This document shows, piece after piece, positions 1-11,000 of a stretch of DNA of 62,003 nt. The translations under genes and the position numbers were made by a program. Numbering within the stretch: the first letter of the stretch is position 1; every line of letters begins with the position of its first letter. The notes below the pieces were generated by a model, which was not told where the DNA came from, did no database searches, and saw nothing but the letters and a program-made list of their open reading frames with translations. The stretch is from a virus (Duplodnaviria; Caudoviricetes), in the IMG/VR virus record IMGVR_UViG_3300031707_000016, positions 1-62,003 of that record; one strand, given 5' to 3'.

Positions 1-242
1 GCCCCGCCCCAAACCCAAATGAAAATCTTTTTTGGAGCAAAGAAATACATTCTTTGGTCATCAAGCAAATAGCAGTTTGTTTCGTCACTCCATTCGTATC
101 CAGCTCCGGTTACAATGGGTTCGTATTTGGCGGGTGCCTTTTCGCAGAGAGCCAGCGTTTCAGCCAGACCAGCAACGGCGGAGGAAGGATTTACTCCATA
201 GGTAGGAGCCAGTTTTTGTAGAACTTTAAGATTTATTTTCAT
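1..242 (-). CDS. hypothetical protein, 3' end truncated by window edge
   Basis: ATG at 242 (MKINLKVLQKLAPTYG...) overlaps the stop of the upstream gene; frame stays open to position 1. Confidence 0.65.
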   Translation of the reverse strand, partial: MKINLKVLQKLAPTYGVNPSSAVAGLAETLALCEKAPAKYEPIVTGAGYEWSDETNCYLLDDQRMYFFAPKKIFIWVWGG

Positions 243-1122
243 GCTTTGCCTCTGATTGCTTTTTGACTTCTTTCAGCAATTCGTAGGAGAGCATCAATAC
301 CATGACGTGATTGTCCTTGACGATTTTGCCGGGGTTGATCTTATCCAATTGATTGACAACTTCACGGATTTTGATTCGCATCACGTCCGAATCTTTAATC
401 TTGGCGACTATTTCTGTAAGAGATTTCTTAATCTCCAAAACTCGTTCCTTAACAAATACATCAAAATTATTCGTGTTGGCAACATTGCAGATGTATTCAC
501 GCAAAACCGACTTTTGTTCGTCATCAAGAACACTGTCGTATTTCTCGTTGAGTTTTTCACACAAAAGTTTGTAAGTAAGAAGACGTATATCCTCAGTCTG
601 AGTCTGATAGTAGTTGATGAGATCGTCTTCAGAATGCATTGCTTTTGGTTTGTCAATTAAGTGCTCAACTATGCAGTTTTTAGCCTGATACACTTCGTTG
701 ACATCAAATTTACATTCCGAGGATACAACATCTTCGAAAACTTTATAGATAGAAGCCAATACTCGGTAGTTCCTCACGGGTGCTTTCAACATTTCTTCAA
801 TTGGATAAGCATCTTTTACTTCTTTGATTAGATCGAACTTGAGTTGGGTAAGTTTCTTGTTGTTAAGTTTCTTGCGAGCTTCAACAATCACATTAAAAAA
901 TCGTTCTGCGTGAGTCTCATCCTTAATCTTTTCGTTGAGTAGGGTACTATACAGCTGACGCTCACTTGCGAGCTCGGTGTTTTCACGGAAATACTTGTAG
1001 AGTAGATCTTTGGCTACGGACTCTTCTTTGCCCGCAATAATATCTGCCGTCACCTGTTTTGTCAGGAGCTCGAACAGAATGCCGGTATTTCTGAACTTTG
1101 AATGGCGCATTCTTTTCTGCAT
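226..1122 (-). CDS. conserved phage hypothetical protein next to portal (head-module gene)
   Basis: ORF beginning MQKRMRHSKFRNTGILFELL; late-promoter-like motif at 1151; directly downstream of portal. Confidence 0.75.
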   Translation of the reverse strand: MQKRMRHSKFRNTGILFELLTKQVTADIIAGKEESVAKDLLYKYFRENTELASERQLYSTLLNEKIKDETHAERFFNVIVEARKKLNNKKLTQLKFDLIKEVKDAYPIEEMLKAPVRNYRVLASIYKVFEDVVSSECKFDVNEVYQAKNCIVEHLIDKPKAMHSEDDLINYYQTQTEDIRLLTYKLLCEKLNEKYDSVLDDEQKSVLREYICNVANTNNFDVFVKERVLEIKKSLTEIVAKIKDSDVMRIKIREVVNQLDKINPGKIVKDNHVMVLMLSYELLKEVKKQSEAKHENKS

Positions 1123-1205
1123 AGTATTAGACTTCACTCTTCAACTTAATTATAAATATGTTCTCAGAATTGGAAACTCTAAGTTAATATTCATGTACGT
1201 GTTTG

Positions 1206-3284
1206 TTATTCTCGTATATTTTGCTCGTCCATTAGCGACGAACTATTTGGTGAGTGACTTTCTTTAATCAATTCTTTGGTCGTTTCTTTTTGGGTCTTTC
1301 CCATAAACCCAGATAAGCTACTAAACAGAGCCGCATCTACCTTCTTGGGTTGTTGTTTCGTCGTCTGCTCTCTCAATCTTAATGGAGAACCACCTTCATA
1401 ATTATGACTGATGGCACTTTTCTTCTTTCCTTCGCTGTTTTTATTTGGATTATCGTGCATCTGATGCCTGCCCAATGGGTCTTCACGTCTTACATCAGAC
1501 TTATGTTCTCCGCTTTGATCACGTTCACTGGTGTCTCGGTCACTTCGGTCACGATTATCTACGACTTTGGTTTCTTTAACCAAGTCCTCTGGAGAACCAT
1601 CCAAGTCTTTATCTCCGGGCCCGCCCTTGTCGCCACCCTCTCCACCATCCCCACCCTCGTCATCGCCAAGGTCTAGGTCGTCCAAATCTCCCAAATCATC
1701 CAATCCACCACCGCCGCCGCTACTGGATCCGCCGCCATCTTCAGAATCTTTACCGCCCTTGCCGCCAATTTTCTTGAACGGTTTCGCCGGGTCATCACCA
1801 TCCTCCTCAATTGAAGTAAAGCGATAACGCTGCTTGGCATCTTCCACAACCTCGTCTTTAACGATTTTGATGTCATCCTCAGACATGTTGAAGATGTTCT
1901 TGTAAATCCAGTTGAACGAGAAGAACTTGTTTTCCACCATATCGGTTGCGACTGCAACCTTGTCAGACCAGATCTCAATCTTTTCCTTCTCGAAGATGGT
2001 AGATGGGTTGGTAAGTTCAAGCTCAAAATCAACCAAGCTTTCGTCACGATACCCTTGGGCATACAAATGCACGATTGCAATTTTGGTCAATTCTGAGCAA
2101 AGAATACGTTGGATACGTTGAATTGTTCGGGCGAAGCGCACGTCTTCTGATGCAAGGGTTGCTTTACCCGAAATACCTTCTTCGTATCCTAGAAATGCTT
2201 TTGGAATCTTCAAAGCTGACATCAGCTTGTTACGAAGATATTCAATATCTTCGGTTCCGGTCCACTCCATGCCGCCAAGAGTGTCAATTTTTGTTCCACT
2301 ATCACCACCACGAACCGGGATGTAATAGTCTTCCACCATGTTCTGTAGGTTGAAACGGAGATTGTATTCACCCGTCTGTTCGTCCATGTATGGAACTTTC
2401 TTCATCTTATCCATCATCTTCTGCATGTAGTTATCAACTTCAGCAGGAGGAATGTTTCCGATATCGGTATAGAAAATGCGCTTCTCAGGAGCACGCATGA
2501 TACGGTGAATCAACATAGCATCTTCCATCAATGAAAGCTGCTTCCACACACGGCGAGCACCCTCGATCATACCCTTACCATACGGCAGGAAATTGCTATC
2601 AGACATGAGACGGAAGTGTGCCATCTCATAATTTTCAAGGATTTCTGCTTGTGCTGTATCGGTAGGACGAAGTTGGAACTTGACGTAGCGTTTGTTGTAA
2701 GGATCGGCGTTTTCAATACGTTCAACATTGTATGCCGAAATTGGCTCTACCATGTAAACACCGTATTCTGGTGTGACATACAACTTCAAATAGAAGTCAC
2801 CGTATTTACACATGTTTCGAGTCCACGACCACATGTTAAATTGAATGTTCAGAATATCTGTAAAGAGGTTCTCAAGAATCTGCTTTACATTGTTGTTGGT
2901 AGAATGAACCGTCAACATCTTACCCATTTCATTGTAGGTAAGACATTCGTCAGCGTAAATGTCCAAGGCAGATGAAATGATTGGATCCATGTCCATCGTA
3001 TCATAGTCACGGAACAAGTCCATGCGTGCTGCTTGGTAAGAAAGTGCGAAGTCACGGGTGTAAGCATTGTAGGCTGTAGAACGGATACGATTGAAACGGT
3101 CACGAAGACTATTTCTGTCTGTAGCATACATGATGCTATCAGTATCTTTGATTTTAAGCTGCTTACCACCGACATTGCGAACGATAACGTCAGTAGAAAA
3201 GAGTCTCTTCAGTCTCGCATATAGAGACTGTTTCTTAACGTCTAGTACTTCGTCGTCAAATGGTTTTAGTATTGGATTGGGCAT
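1206..3284 (-). CDS. portal protein, T4 gp20-like
   Basis: Motifs LMEDAMLIHRIMRAPEKRIFYTDIGN, EDYYIPVRGG, TKIDTLGG, DIEYLRNKLMSALKIPKAFL typical of gp20-family portals; adjacent to terminase. Confidence 0.93.
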   Translation of the reverse strand: MPNPILKPFDDEVLDVKKQSLYARLKRLFSTDVIVRNVGGKQLKIKDTDSIMYATDRNSLRDRFNRIRSTAYNAYTRDFALSYQAARMDLFRDYDTMDMDPIISSALDIYADECLTYNEMGKMLTVHSTNNNVKQILENLFTDILNIQFNMWSWTRNMCKYGDFYLKLYVTPEYGVYMVEPISAYNVERIENADPYNKRYVKFQLRPTDTAQAEILENYEMAHFRLMSDSNFLPYGKGMIEGARRVWKQLSLMEDAMLIHRIMRAPEKRIFYTDIGNIPPAEVDNYMQKMMDKMKKVPYMDEQTGEYNLRFNLQNMVEDYYIPVRGGDSGTKIDTLGGMEWTGTEDIEYLRNKLMSALKIPKAFLGYEEGISGKATLASEDVRFARTIQRIQRILCSELTKIAIVHLYAQGYRDESLVDFELELTNPSTIFEKEKIEIWSDKVAVATDMVENKFFSFNWIYKNIFNMSEDDIKIVKDEVVEDAKQRYRFTSIEEDGDDPAKPFKKIGGKGGKDSEDGGGSSSGGGGGLDDLGDLDDLDLGDDEGGDGGEGGDKGGPGDKDLDGSPEDLVKETKVVDNRDRSDRDTSERDQSGEHKSDVRREDPLGRHQMHDNPNKNSEGKKKSAISHNYEGGSPLRLREQTTKQQPKKVDAALFSSLSGFMGKTQKETTKELIKESHSPNSSSLMDEQNIRE

Positions 3285-3350
3285 ATTTTATCCTTCTGTC
3301 TTTGTGTGTATGTGTATGGAGAACAATTCCCCTGCTATAAATATAGAGAA

Positions 3351-5000
3351 TTACCCCAGAAGCCAGCGAATATCTTCGGTTCCCTGATTACCCCTACCTT
3401 GGCGGCCCGTCTGCATCTCCCACGATTTTTTCCCAGCGATGGCAGCATTTTGCTTGTAAACGGGACTTGTGTCAACAGGACGTGTCATATGCATCTGTCC
3501 AAGTGAAGCCCGGGTTAGGTCCATTCCTTCTTGGCGAAGGCGTAGAGCGGTGTCTCTAACCCATAGTCCGATTCCCAGCGCCATAACCAAGTCATCGTTG
3601 TAAGAATCCATTGCCTGCGCCTTTCCATTCTTCCAAATGAAAGTGTCCAATTCTGCTAGTGTTCTCTTGGAATAAATGTCAACTGCCTGACTTCGGAAAT
3701 ACATCTCTATGTTGTTGATAACCAGTGGACGTGTTTTTATATTCGTGCTGAATCCCGGAACCAATTTCTTTTCTTCCGAGTCATAGCGATTTGTCAGTTG
3801 ACGCTGAACGTCCACATATTTCAAGTCGGTGGAACTATAAAAAGTGTTTTTATACTCACGATCAATGATGGCTTGAAGAGTTGCCCAACCTACGTTTTCA
3901 CGCTCAACAATCAAGAGAGCATTATTATATTCGGTGGCGAGTGCTACGAGGAAATTTCCATAGTCCTTGGTTCCAAGGTTTCCCTTATATTCGGCGCATT
4001 GAATTGGCGTCTCGCCTGTAATATCAATCACATGAGCAGCGGAGAAGTCTGCGCCATCACCACGGGCAACGTCGGCGCATACAAGGTATGAGTGGGAGTA
4101 GTCTGGATAGTGCCAAATCCACAGTCCCCTATCTGCTCCACGGATGTCCACCGGGTCTTTCTGGCGGTTCTTCTTGTAGAACTCTACAATGGCAAGATCC
4201 ACCACGTTGTCACCGGAGGCAAGGAAGTTACAATCAAATTCTTGTGCTGCTTTCTTGGGATTGCCTTGCTTCTCTCCCTCAACCCGTCTCCACTCTTCAT
4301 TACGCTCGGGGTGCAACTGCCACGGGAGGGTAATCGGATGGAATCCGTTTTTACCAACCTTCCCGTCGTTGTTTTCTTCCGCCCCTTGCCACATTTGATG
4401 AAACCAGTTACCAACACCACGAGGAGTTGAGAGGATGATTGCGTTACCACCAGTTGACAACGTAGGAGAAGCGGAAGTCCACAATTCAGATGCCTCATCA
4501 ATAAGGGCAGCTTCGTCAATAATAAGAAGGGATAGTGCTTGACCTACACCTGATTTCTTCGTCGTAGATGCCGCCTTGATTTGAGACCCATTTGAGAACT
4601 TCAAAGATAAGCGGTTATCTTCAATGCATTGCACTTTGAGCCATGTGGGAAGTTCCTGTTGGGCGTCTCTAACCTTGGTAACAACGTCTTTGGCATCATC
4701 TTGTCTCAACGAGATTAGAAGAATGTTCTTATCCTTGTTGAATGTCATCAACCACAGCGAATATGCAGCGACCAGTGTTGATATGCCCATCTGACGAGAC
4801 TTGAGGATGATGTTGAATCGAAAATCGTGAAATGAGGTTAGAGTCTCTTCTTGAAACTTGTAAAGGTCAAACAGCACCATTCCACGAATTGGATGTTTAA
4901 TCTTGACATAGTGCTTCATGAAATATACCGGAGAGGCAGCACACTTGGCGAACTCTTGGCGGATTATTTCTTGATATGAAATCTGCGGTTTATCAGACAT
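3351..5000 (-). CDS. terminase large subunit, T4 gp17-like
   Basis: Walker A KSRQMGIST, Walker B LLIIDEAA, coupling motif STPRG, nuclease ADVARG..DFS and NDDLVMA; ATG at 5000 preferred. Confidence 0.95.
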   Translation of the reverse strand: MSDKPQISYQEIIRQEFAKCAASPVYFMKHYVKIKHPIRGMVLFDLYKFQEETLTSFHDFRFNIILKSRQMGISTLVAAYSLWLMTFNKDKNILLISLRQDDAKDVVTKVRDAQQELPTWLKVQCIEDNRLSLKFSNGSQIKAASTTKKSGVGQALSLLIIDEAALIDEASELWTSASPTLSTGGNAIILSTPRGVGNWFHQMWQGAEENNDGKVGKNGFHPITLPWQLHPERNEEWRRVEGEKQGNPKKAAQEFDCNFLASGDNVVDLAIVEFYKKNRQKDPVDIRGADRGLWIWHYPDYSHSYLVCADVARGDGADFSAAHVIDITGETPIQCAEYKGNLGTKDYGNFLVALATEYNNALLIVERENVGWATLQAIIDREYKNTFYSSTDLKYVDVQRQLTNRYDSEEKKLVPGFSTNIKTRPLVINNIEMYFRSQAVDIYSKRTLAELDTFIWKNGKAQAMDSYNDDLVMALGIGLWVRDTALRLRQEGMDLTRASLGQMHMTRPVDTSPVYKQNAAIAGKKSWEMQTGRQGRGNQGTEDIRWLLG

Positions 5001-5643
5001 ACGTTTCCAATTTGAACTTGCGAGCACTTGCCAAATAATTTTTCTTGGCTACTGCTTTTGACTTTTTAAGGAACGCTACCCGCTTCTTTGCGAGCTTCAA
5101 GTCTCGCTTTGCTCCTATCAAAATCTCTTCAGGATTATTGTGCTTCCATCGTTCAAGGAAACCTTCCGAGTTACAGAGCATCGTGACATCGCCCGAATCT
5201 CGGGAGAAAAACTTGATTACTTCCTCCAATCGGTTTGTGATATCGAGGATTTCGCCAAGCTCGTAAGAAATCAATTTGTAGTTCTCGTAATCTGGATATG
5301 CTCCAACTATTCGGAGTTTGGTCTCGTAATCAATGAGACAGTTGGCACACAACCCTGTGCGATTGAAAAATTTCTGATCCAACTTACTTCCCCATTTTAT
5401 GACTTGCCCACACTTGCATTTTTGGGTAATCAACTCACGGATCATGTCGCCTTGGGTCTTGGTTATTCGGATAGTTCTTCCGCCCCTCATTTCCCATTCC
5501 ACTCCATCGGAGTCTTTCCACTTATCACCATTGCGACGATACTTTTTTTCGTTACCTGTGTAACCAACTTGTACAAAAGGACGAACGCCCGCTACGTAGT
5601 CCTTCAAAATGTCAATATTGCTCTTGTTTACTCCACGTTTCAT
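4993..5643 (-). CDS. hypothetical protein with CxC and CxxC motifs, upstream of terminase
   Basis: 216-aa ORF overlapping the terminase start; KCKCG and LCANC. Confidence 0.7.
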   Translation of the reverse strand: MKRGVNKSNIDILKDYVAGVRPFVQVGYTGNEKKYRRNGDKWKDSDGVEWEMRGGRTIRITKTQGDMIRELITQKCKCGQVIKWGSKLDQKFFNRTGLCANCLIDYETKLRIVGAYPDYENYKLISYELGEILDITNRLEEVIKFFSRDSGDVTMLCNSEGFLERWKHNNPEEILIGAKRDLKLAKKRVAFLKKSKAVAKKNYLASARKFKLETYV

Positions 5644-5696
5644 AACTGTATATCCTTGTTACCATATCTACATATCAATACCAATGGTATAAAATG

Positions 5697-7967
5697 TTAA
5701 GAAAAGACGGTTTTTGTTCCGGCGGGGTTTATCCAAATTCTTTTTCCAAACGGTCCTGTAAGAAGTCCATCCGCCACGGCACTTCCAGTATATTTAACTG
5801 CAATTGACCTAGCAGTTTTGGTTGTGCTGATTGTTCCCTGTGTTGTGGTCAAATTTACGTAGTCATCTTCAACATTACTCAAATCAGAGACGTTTGTGTA
5901 ACACACTGCGCCGTCGCCCAATGCTGGATTGGGAGGAAAATGTGTGGGGAACTTCCAACCCAAGAGTCGGGTTCCAAGAACCGGGCAACTCCCAATGTTT
6001 GGAATATACAAGCTCTGAGAAATAGTCAAACTTCCAGATACGAAGGTAAGTAGGGTTGGGTCTGAAAGTCCATTTCCATTGAACGCATACAGACTCTCTC
6101 CGTTGGGGTCAAACGTCTGAATCGTTGACAGGTTGGAATACACCAAAGTAGAGTTGATATCATACAACTCTGCCTTCAATTGAAAAGGTTCATTGGCGAC
6201 GTTTACTTTGAACGGTATTTTTGTAAACAAAAGATCAGGAGAAAATCCATAATCGCTGTAAACCTTTAATGACAACTCCGAAAGAGTTACGCTACAGTGG
6301 AACGGCACAATTACCATAGTTCCATAATAGTCTGAGTTCGGCGTGAAATATAGGTACTGTTTGTCTGAAAACACTTTTATGGTAGTATTTTCGTTTGTGG
6401 CAACCGTACCCAGCTTCAATCCATACGGACTGATGTAATCTTTTTCTATGTTTATTCGTGGACTTGAGCTAGTGAAGTAAAAATCGATCTTGGCGTCATG
6501 CGTTGTTTTGGTTTTTTCCATGACCACATTCGCAGACAAAACGTACAACGCTCCCGCCTTTAGAGAAATGAAATTTGAGTTGTATGCCGAACCAGATATT
6601 CTATTAAATGATTCGCTATCATATGGATAGTAAATCCTGTCGTTGACCGTGTTGATTGAATCTGCCTTTACAATGACATATTGCGTTCCATCCATCTGCG
6701 AATATTGACTGGTCGAAATCTTCATTGCATCAATATACGGTTTTACAGAATGCGAAACCGCCATGAAGACCGAACTGGTAAACCAATATCTTTGAATATG
6801 TGACTGATTGTAAAAAGACCCCATCAAAGCATACGTCTTGTTATTGGTGATTGGATCTGTCAGCAATTCCAATGCATTGAGAGGTTCGTCTGCTATAAGT
6901 TGGAAATCTCCGGGGTAAACCAAACTCTTTCTATAAAGTTTGTGGCGAGCAACGAATCCAGAAAAGGGTCTTATGTTTCTATAAACTACTTCGGCATATG
7001 ACTGCTTGATGTATGTGGTTGCCCCGGTTGATACGTCAACAAATTTCAGATAGTCGTCCGACGCAGTATTGTATGCAGTCCATGTGTAAGACGAAGTAAA
7101 TGTTCCTTCGTTGACATTCGTAACAAACTGGTCCTTTCCTACAGTGTAGAAAAATGGATCACTAACCTGCATCGTTTTGCTGTCCAGAATGTTTTTTATT
7201 GTGAACGAAGCAGTCTGCCTCGTATCTTTGGTGACATAAGAATATGGAACTTGAAGCGTGGTGCTTGTAACGGTGATGGATTGTCCCTCCATCTGAGTAT
7301 TGAAAGACTTGGTTGGAAACAAGGTTGGTCCCGCCTGAGAGTCGGGAATATTCAAAATGATACGATAGTCAATATCCGCTTTCTTTGGGTTGATCGACTT
7401 TCGGTTGACATCCTTCTTGGGGGTTACTGCAAGCGAGTAGAAGTTTCCGTAAAAATTGACGGTCTTGGTCAATAGGTCGGCGGTGTTGTTTGTTACGATT
7501 GGATACAACAGACCACGAGATTCAATCGTCGGTTTATTATAGAATCTAACCTTGGAGGTATTTTGCAACGTCTTATCAATTGCGATGTTTCCAATCCAAC
7601 GGACAGTTTCCCCCTTGACCGTGGTTCCCAATAAGATAAGTTTTCCGGCACCGTTGTAAGTCTCCTCGTAAACGCCGATGGATATTAAGAAGTTTGCTAC
7701 GTCAGAATAGGATACATTGCTGTCAGGACGCTCTATGTAGAGAGAATTGCCATTGGAGTCGAGACACTCAACTTGAATTTCAGTTCCGGCCTTTAGGAGG
7801 GATGACCCGTTGAATGCCACTGGGTTTTTTCCACCTGTAAAGACAGGGTTGAACTCGGCAATAACGAAGTATTTTGATAGGTAACTGGTATCTTCGATGT
7901 CGGGTTTAAGGACTAAAAGTCCTAGATTGACACCCTTTTTTCCGAAACTGGACAACAATTGAGCCAT
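5697..7967 (-). CDS. putative virion structural protein
   Basis: 756-aa beta-rich ORF; late-promoter-like motif at 7995. Confidence 0.6.
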   Translation of the reverse strand: MAQLLSSFGKKGVNLGLLVLKPDIEDTSYLSKYFVIAEFNPVFTGGKNPVAFNGSSLLKAGTEIQVECLDSNGNSLYIERPDSNVSYSDVANFLISIGVYEETYNGAGKLILLGTTVKGETVRWIGNIAIDKTLQNTSKVRFYNKPTIESRGLLYPIVTNNTADLLTKTVNFYGNFYSLAVTPKKDVNRKSINPKKADIDYRIILNIPDSQAGPTLFPTKSFNTQMEGQSITVTSTTLQVPYSYVTKDTRQTASFTIKNILDSKTMQVSDPFFYTVGKDQFVTNVNEGTFTSSYTWTAYNTASDDYLKFVDVSTGATTYIKQSYAEVVYRNIRPFSGFVARHKLYRKSLVYPGDFQLIADEPLNALELLTDPITNNKTYALMGSFYNQSHIQRYWFTSSVFMAVSHSVKPYIDAMKISTSQYSQMDGTQYVIVKADSINTVNDRIYYPYDSESFNRISGSAYNSNFISLKAGALYVLSANVVMEKTKTTHDAKIDFYFTSSSPRINIEKDYISPYGLKLGTVATNENTTIKVFSDKQYLYFTPNSDYYGTMVIVPFHCSVTLSELSLKVYSDYGFSPDLLFTKIPFKVNVANEPFQLKAELYDINSTLVYSNLSTIQTFDPNGESLYAFNGNGLSDPTLLTFVSGSLTISQSLYIPNIGSCPVLGTRLLGWKFPTHFPPNPALGDGAVCYTNVSDLSNVEDDYVNLTTTQGTISTTKTARSIAVKYTGSAVADGLLTGPFGKRIWINPAGTKTVFS

Positions 7968-8007
7968 AAGTATTCAAGGGCACACTGCCCCTGAATACAT
8001 ATAGACA

Positions 8008-11000
8008 TCACTCAAAAATAACCTTACTGAAGTTGCCTTCCCGCTTGATCTCTATCTGTTTGTCCACAGCATCCTTGAGGGCATCAAGGTGAGAAATCAC
8101 CAATACGAAGTCAAAATTATTCTTCAAAAAGGAGAAGAGCGTGTACATGGACGCCAGATTGTCGGGGTCAAGTGTTCCAAATCCCTCATCAATCGCCAAG
8201 AAGGTCGTTTTGGGGAGATTGGATATGTTTGTGAGAGCGACACGAATGGCAATAGACGCAACAAACCGCTCATATCCCGATGTCAACTCAATTGGCCAAC
8301 GACCATACTCATAAACGACGTAGGGGATGATGTTCTTACCATCCGTCTCAAACTGAATGGTGTAATCCACCACTTGACTTAGGATGGAGTTCACTTCCTT
8401 CTCAATCTCTGGCACAGTATTGCAGATAACTTGATAGGGAATACCATCACGCCCCACCGCCAGCATGTAGTGCTGATAAGAGTCTGATTCATTTTCCAAC
8501 TCCGCAACCTCCTTCATGGTTTTGGTCAAGGTTTCGATGGTGCTGCGGAAAAGTTCCCGCTTTCCAGAAATATCCATCAACAAGCGATTCTGACGTTGAA
8601 ACTCCACGTCTAAGCGAGTGAGAGTATTGCGATATGTTCCGATTTTCGCCTGTACTCTTTCATTCATCATTACTGACGCTTCGTTGCGATGATACAGTTC
8701 AATTTGGTGGGTTGCTTCTTTAAGAACCGTGTCCAACTTTTCTAACTCATTCGTCGTGACAATGATGTTGCGGCTCAAAACTGCCGCTTCATCCTTGACC
8801 TTGCTTCGGTCTGTCAGTGCCTTGGTATAGGTTTCATACACCTGTTCAACCCAAACGAACTTGGCGAGTTCACTCCTAAGATTATCCAGATGCTCCAACA
8901 TTTTGTCCGCTTCCTTTTTATCGTCGGACAACTGTTTCTTTGCTTTACTCGCATCTTTGACGAAATCATTGTTGGTGCAAAATTTGCAATTCGGGTCATA
9001 CTCATGTTTATCCAGACGAGCGACCTTTTCCAACTTACCCTTAATCTCAACCTTCTTAAGATCCATCTTCTGCTTGACTTCGTTAATTTTATCCGAAAGA
9101 GACTTGTAAGTTTTGTGACTCTCAACCAAATTGGACTCTTCAATCTTCTTGATTTGTGCATTTAGGTCTGCAACCGTCTTTTCTTTCTCGGAGAGCAGAG
9201 TCTTAAATCCTTCCAACGCCTGCCGCTTCTGTTTAACCGAATTTTCGGAAGATGTCTTCTTGGTTTCCAAGGCGGGAAGATTGGTCGGAACTTCTGCATC
9301 CAAACGAATCAGGTTGGCAGTCTCCGAGATGATTTGGTTATTAACGTCGGCAATCTGCTTCTTGAGACTATCCACTTCTTTCTGGTTTTCATCGAAGAGA
9401 GAAACGGCATGTGCCAACGCACTGTCGTTCTGCTGAATTTCATGTGGATAGTTCTTGTCTTTGTGGAGTTTTAGAACGGCATTCAGTTCCTTATTTCGTT
9501 CTCCTGCCGACTCCTGTAGGCGGTCAAAGACGTTTAACCCAATGAATTGAACCATGAGGTCTTTTCTCTCGCTGTTACCCATGTCAATGAATGACGATAG
9601 ATTCTTAGCACTTTGGAATGATGCTGCTGTGAGAATGAAATCCTCATATGTTCCAATGTAGTCACGGATAATATCGTTGGTGTCACGTCTTGCCGTGCCG
9701 TGCAATTCTTCCTCCACCCCATTCTCCATCTTCCAGAATTTCACATCTACCTTGACATTGCCGGAACGAGTCGTAGAACCCTTGCGTTCAATGAAGTAGC
9801 GCACGCCGGAAATTTCAAACTCCAATTTGCATTTGAATGAGGTCTTCTGCACGTTCATGACGTGAACCCCCTTAAACCCACGATCAAATTTGTCAAACAG
9901 ACAGAAAATGATTGCTGAAAGAATGCTTGATTTACCGGATTTGTTCGGTCCAAATATTCCATACACTCCCGCCATAGATGTGAAATCCACAACGTTGTTC
10001 TCTCCATACGTGAACATATTGTCAAACTCAAATCGGATGGGTTTCCACTTGAGATTGCGAGCAAATTCGTCACGCTTAATGAGCAAATTCGTGTTTCGAT
10101 TGATTTTCAAAATCTCATCAATTTTGGATTGGTCTGTGATTAGAACCTTCTTCTGTAAGAACTCAGTGATGAGACGATTCTGATAATCAACGTTCGTCAG
10201 GTCGGTCAGAACGATGTCTTTACAGAGTGGAATGATGTCTTTTTTGTCTCGCTCTTGATCCATGCGGACATAGGCAGTTTCCACGACGAGTGCCAATTCC
10301 TTTATTTTGGAAATGACTGCCTTAACTTCGGACGCAATACTGTCGTAACACTTGAGACGAAGACGCACCTTCTTGGGAAGGTCTTTTAAGTCGGTTGTGA
10401 GCTGTCCCTTATTCACGTCAACCGTAAAGTATCCATAATCGTTCCTGAGTTCGTAAAATTCGTAAGTGCGAGTCTTCAAGTCCCACAATGAATATCCGTG
10501 ACCACGCAGACCTTCACCATGATTCTGTTGAATCATGCTGCCGACGTAATGTATGCATGGTTTGTGGTCGTCAGGCGCATAGTCCTGCATATCTTGCTTC
10601 TTATGTATGTCCCCGAGCAACGCAATATCGTTGTAGTCAAATAACGGGTTCATAATAGCAGGGTTGCTGATGGCATATCCCGTCTCCAACGCCGCCTTAT
10701 CTACCGCCCCGTGGAACATGGCGATGACGTGCTCATACTGATTGCGGTAAATGTCAGGAATGGTGTTACCTGCGATGTAGTGTTCGGGGGCGTCAAACAC
10801 GCCCATGTTGTTCCACAGAATGTTTCCAAATCCATACAGACCCGTGGTCTTGAGATAAAACAAGTTGGGATGATTGAGAGAATCAACCAGAGGAGTCAAA
10901 CTATCCAAGCGACTCTTATTTGACAATGTGGCGTCGTGGTTGCCCGCAATGAGAACCAGTGGACGAATGTCAGCAAGTGCCTTGAACAAATCCGTCGCCA

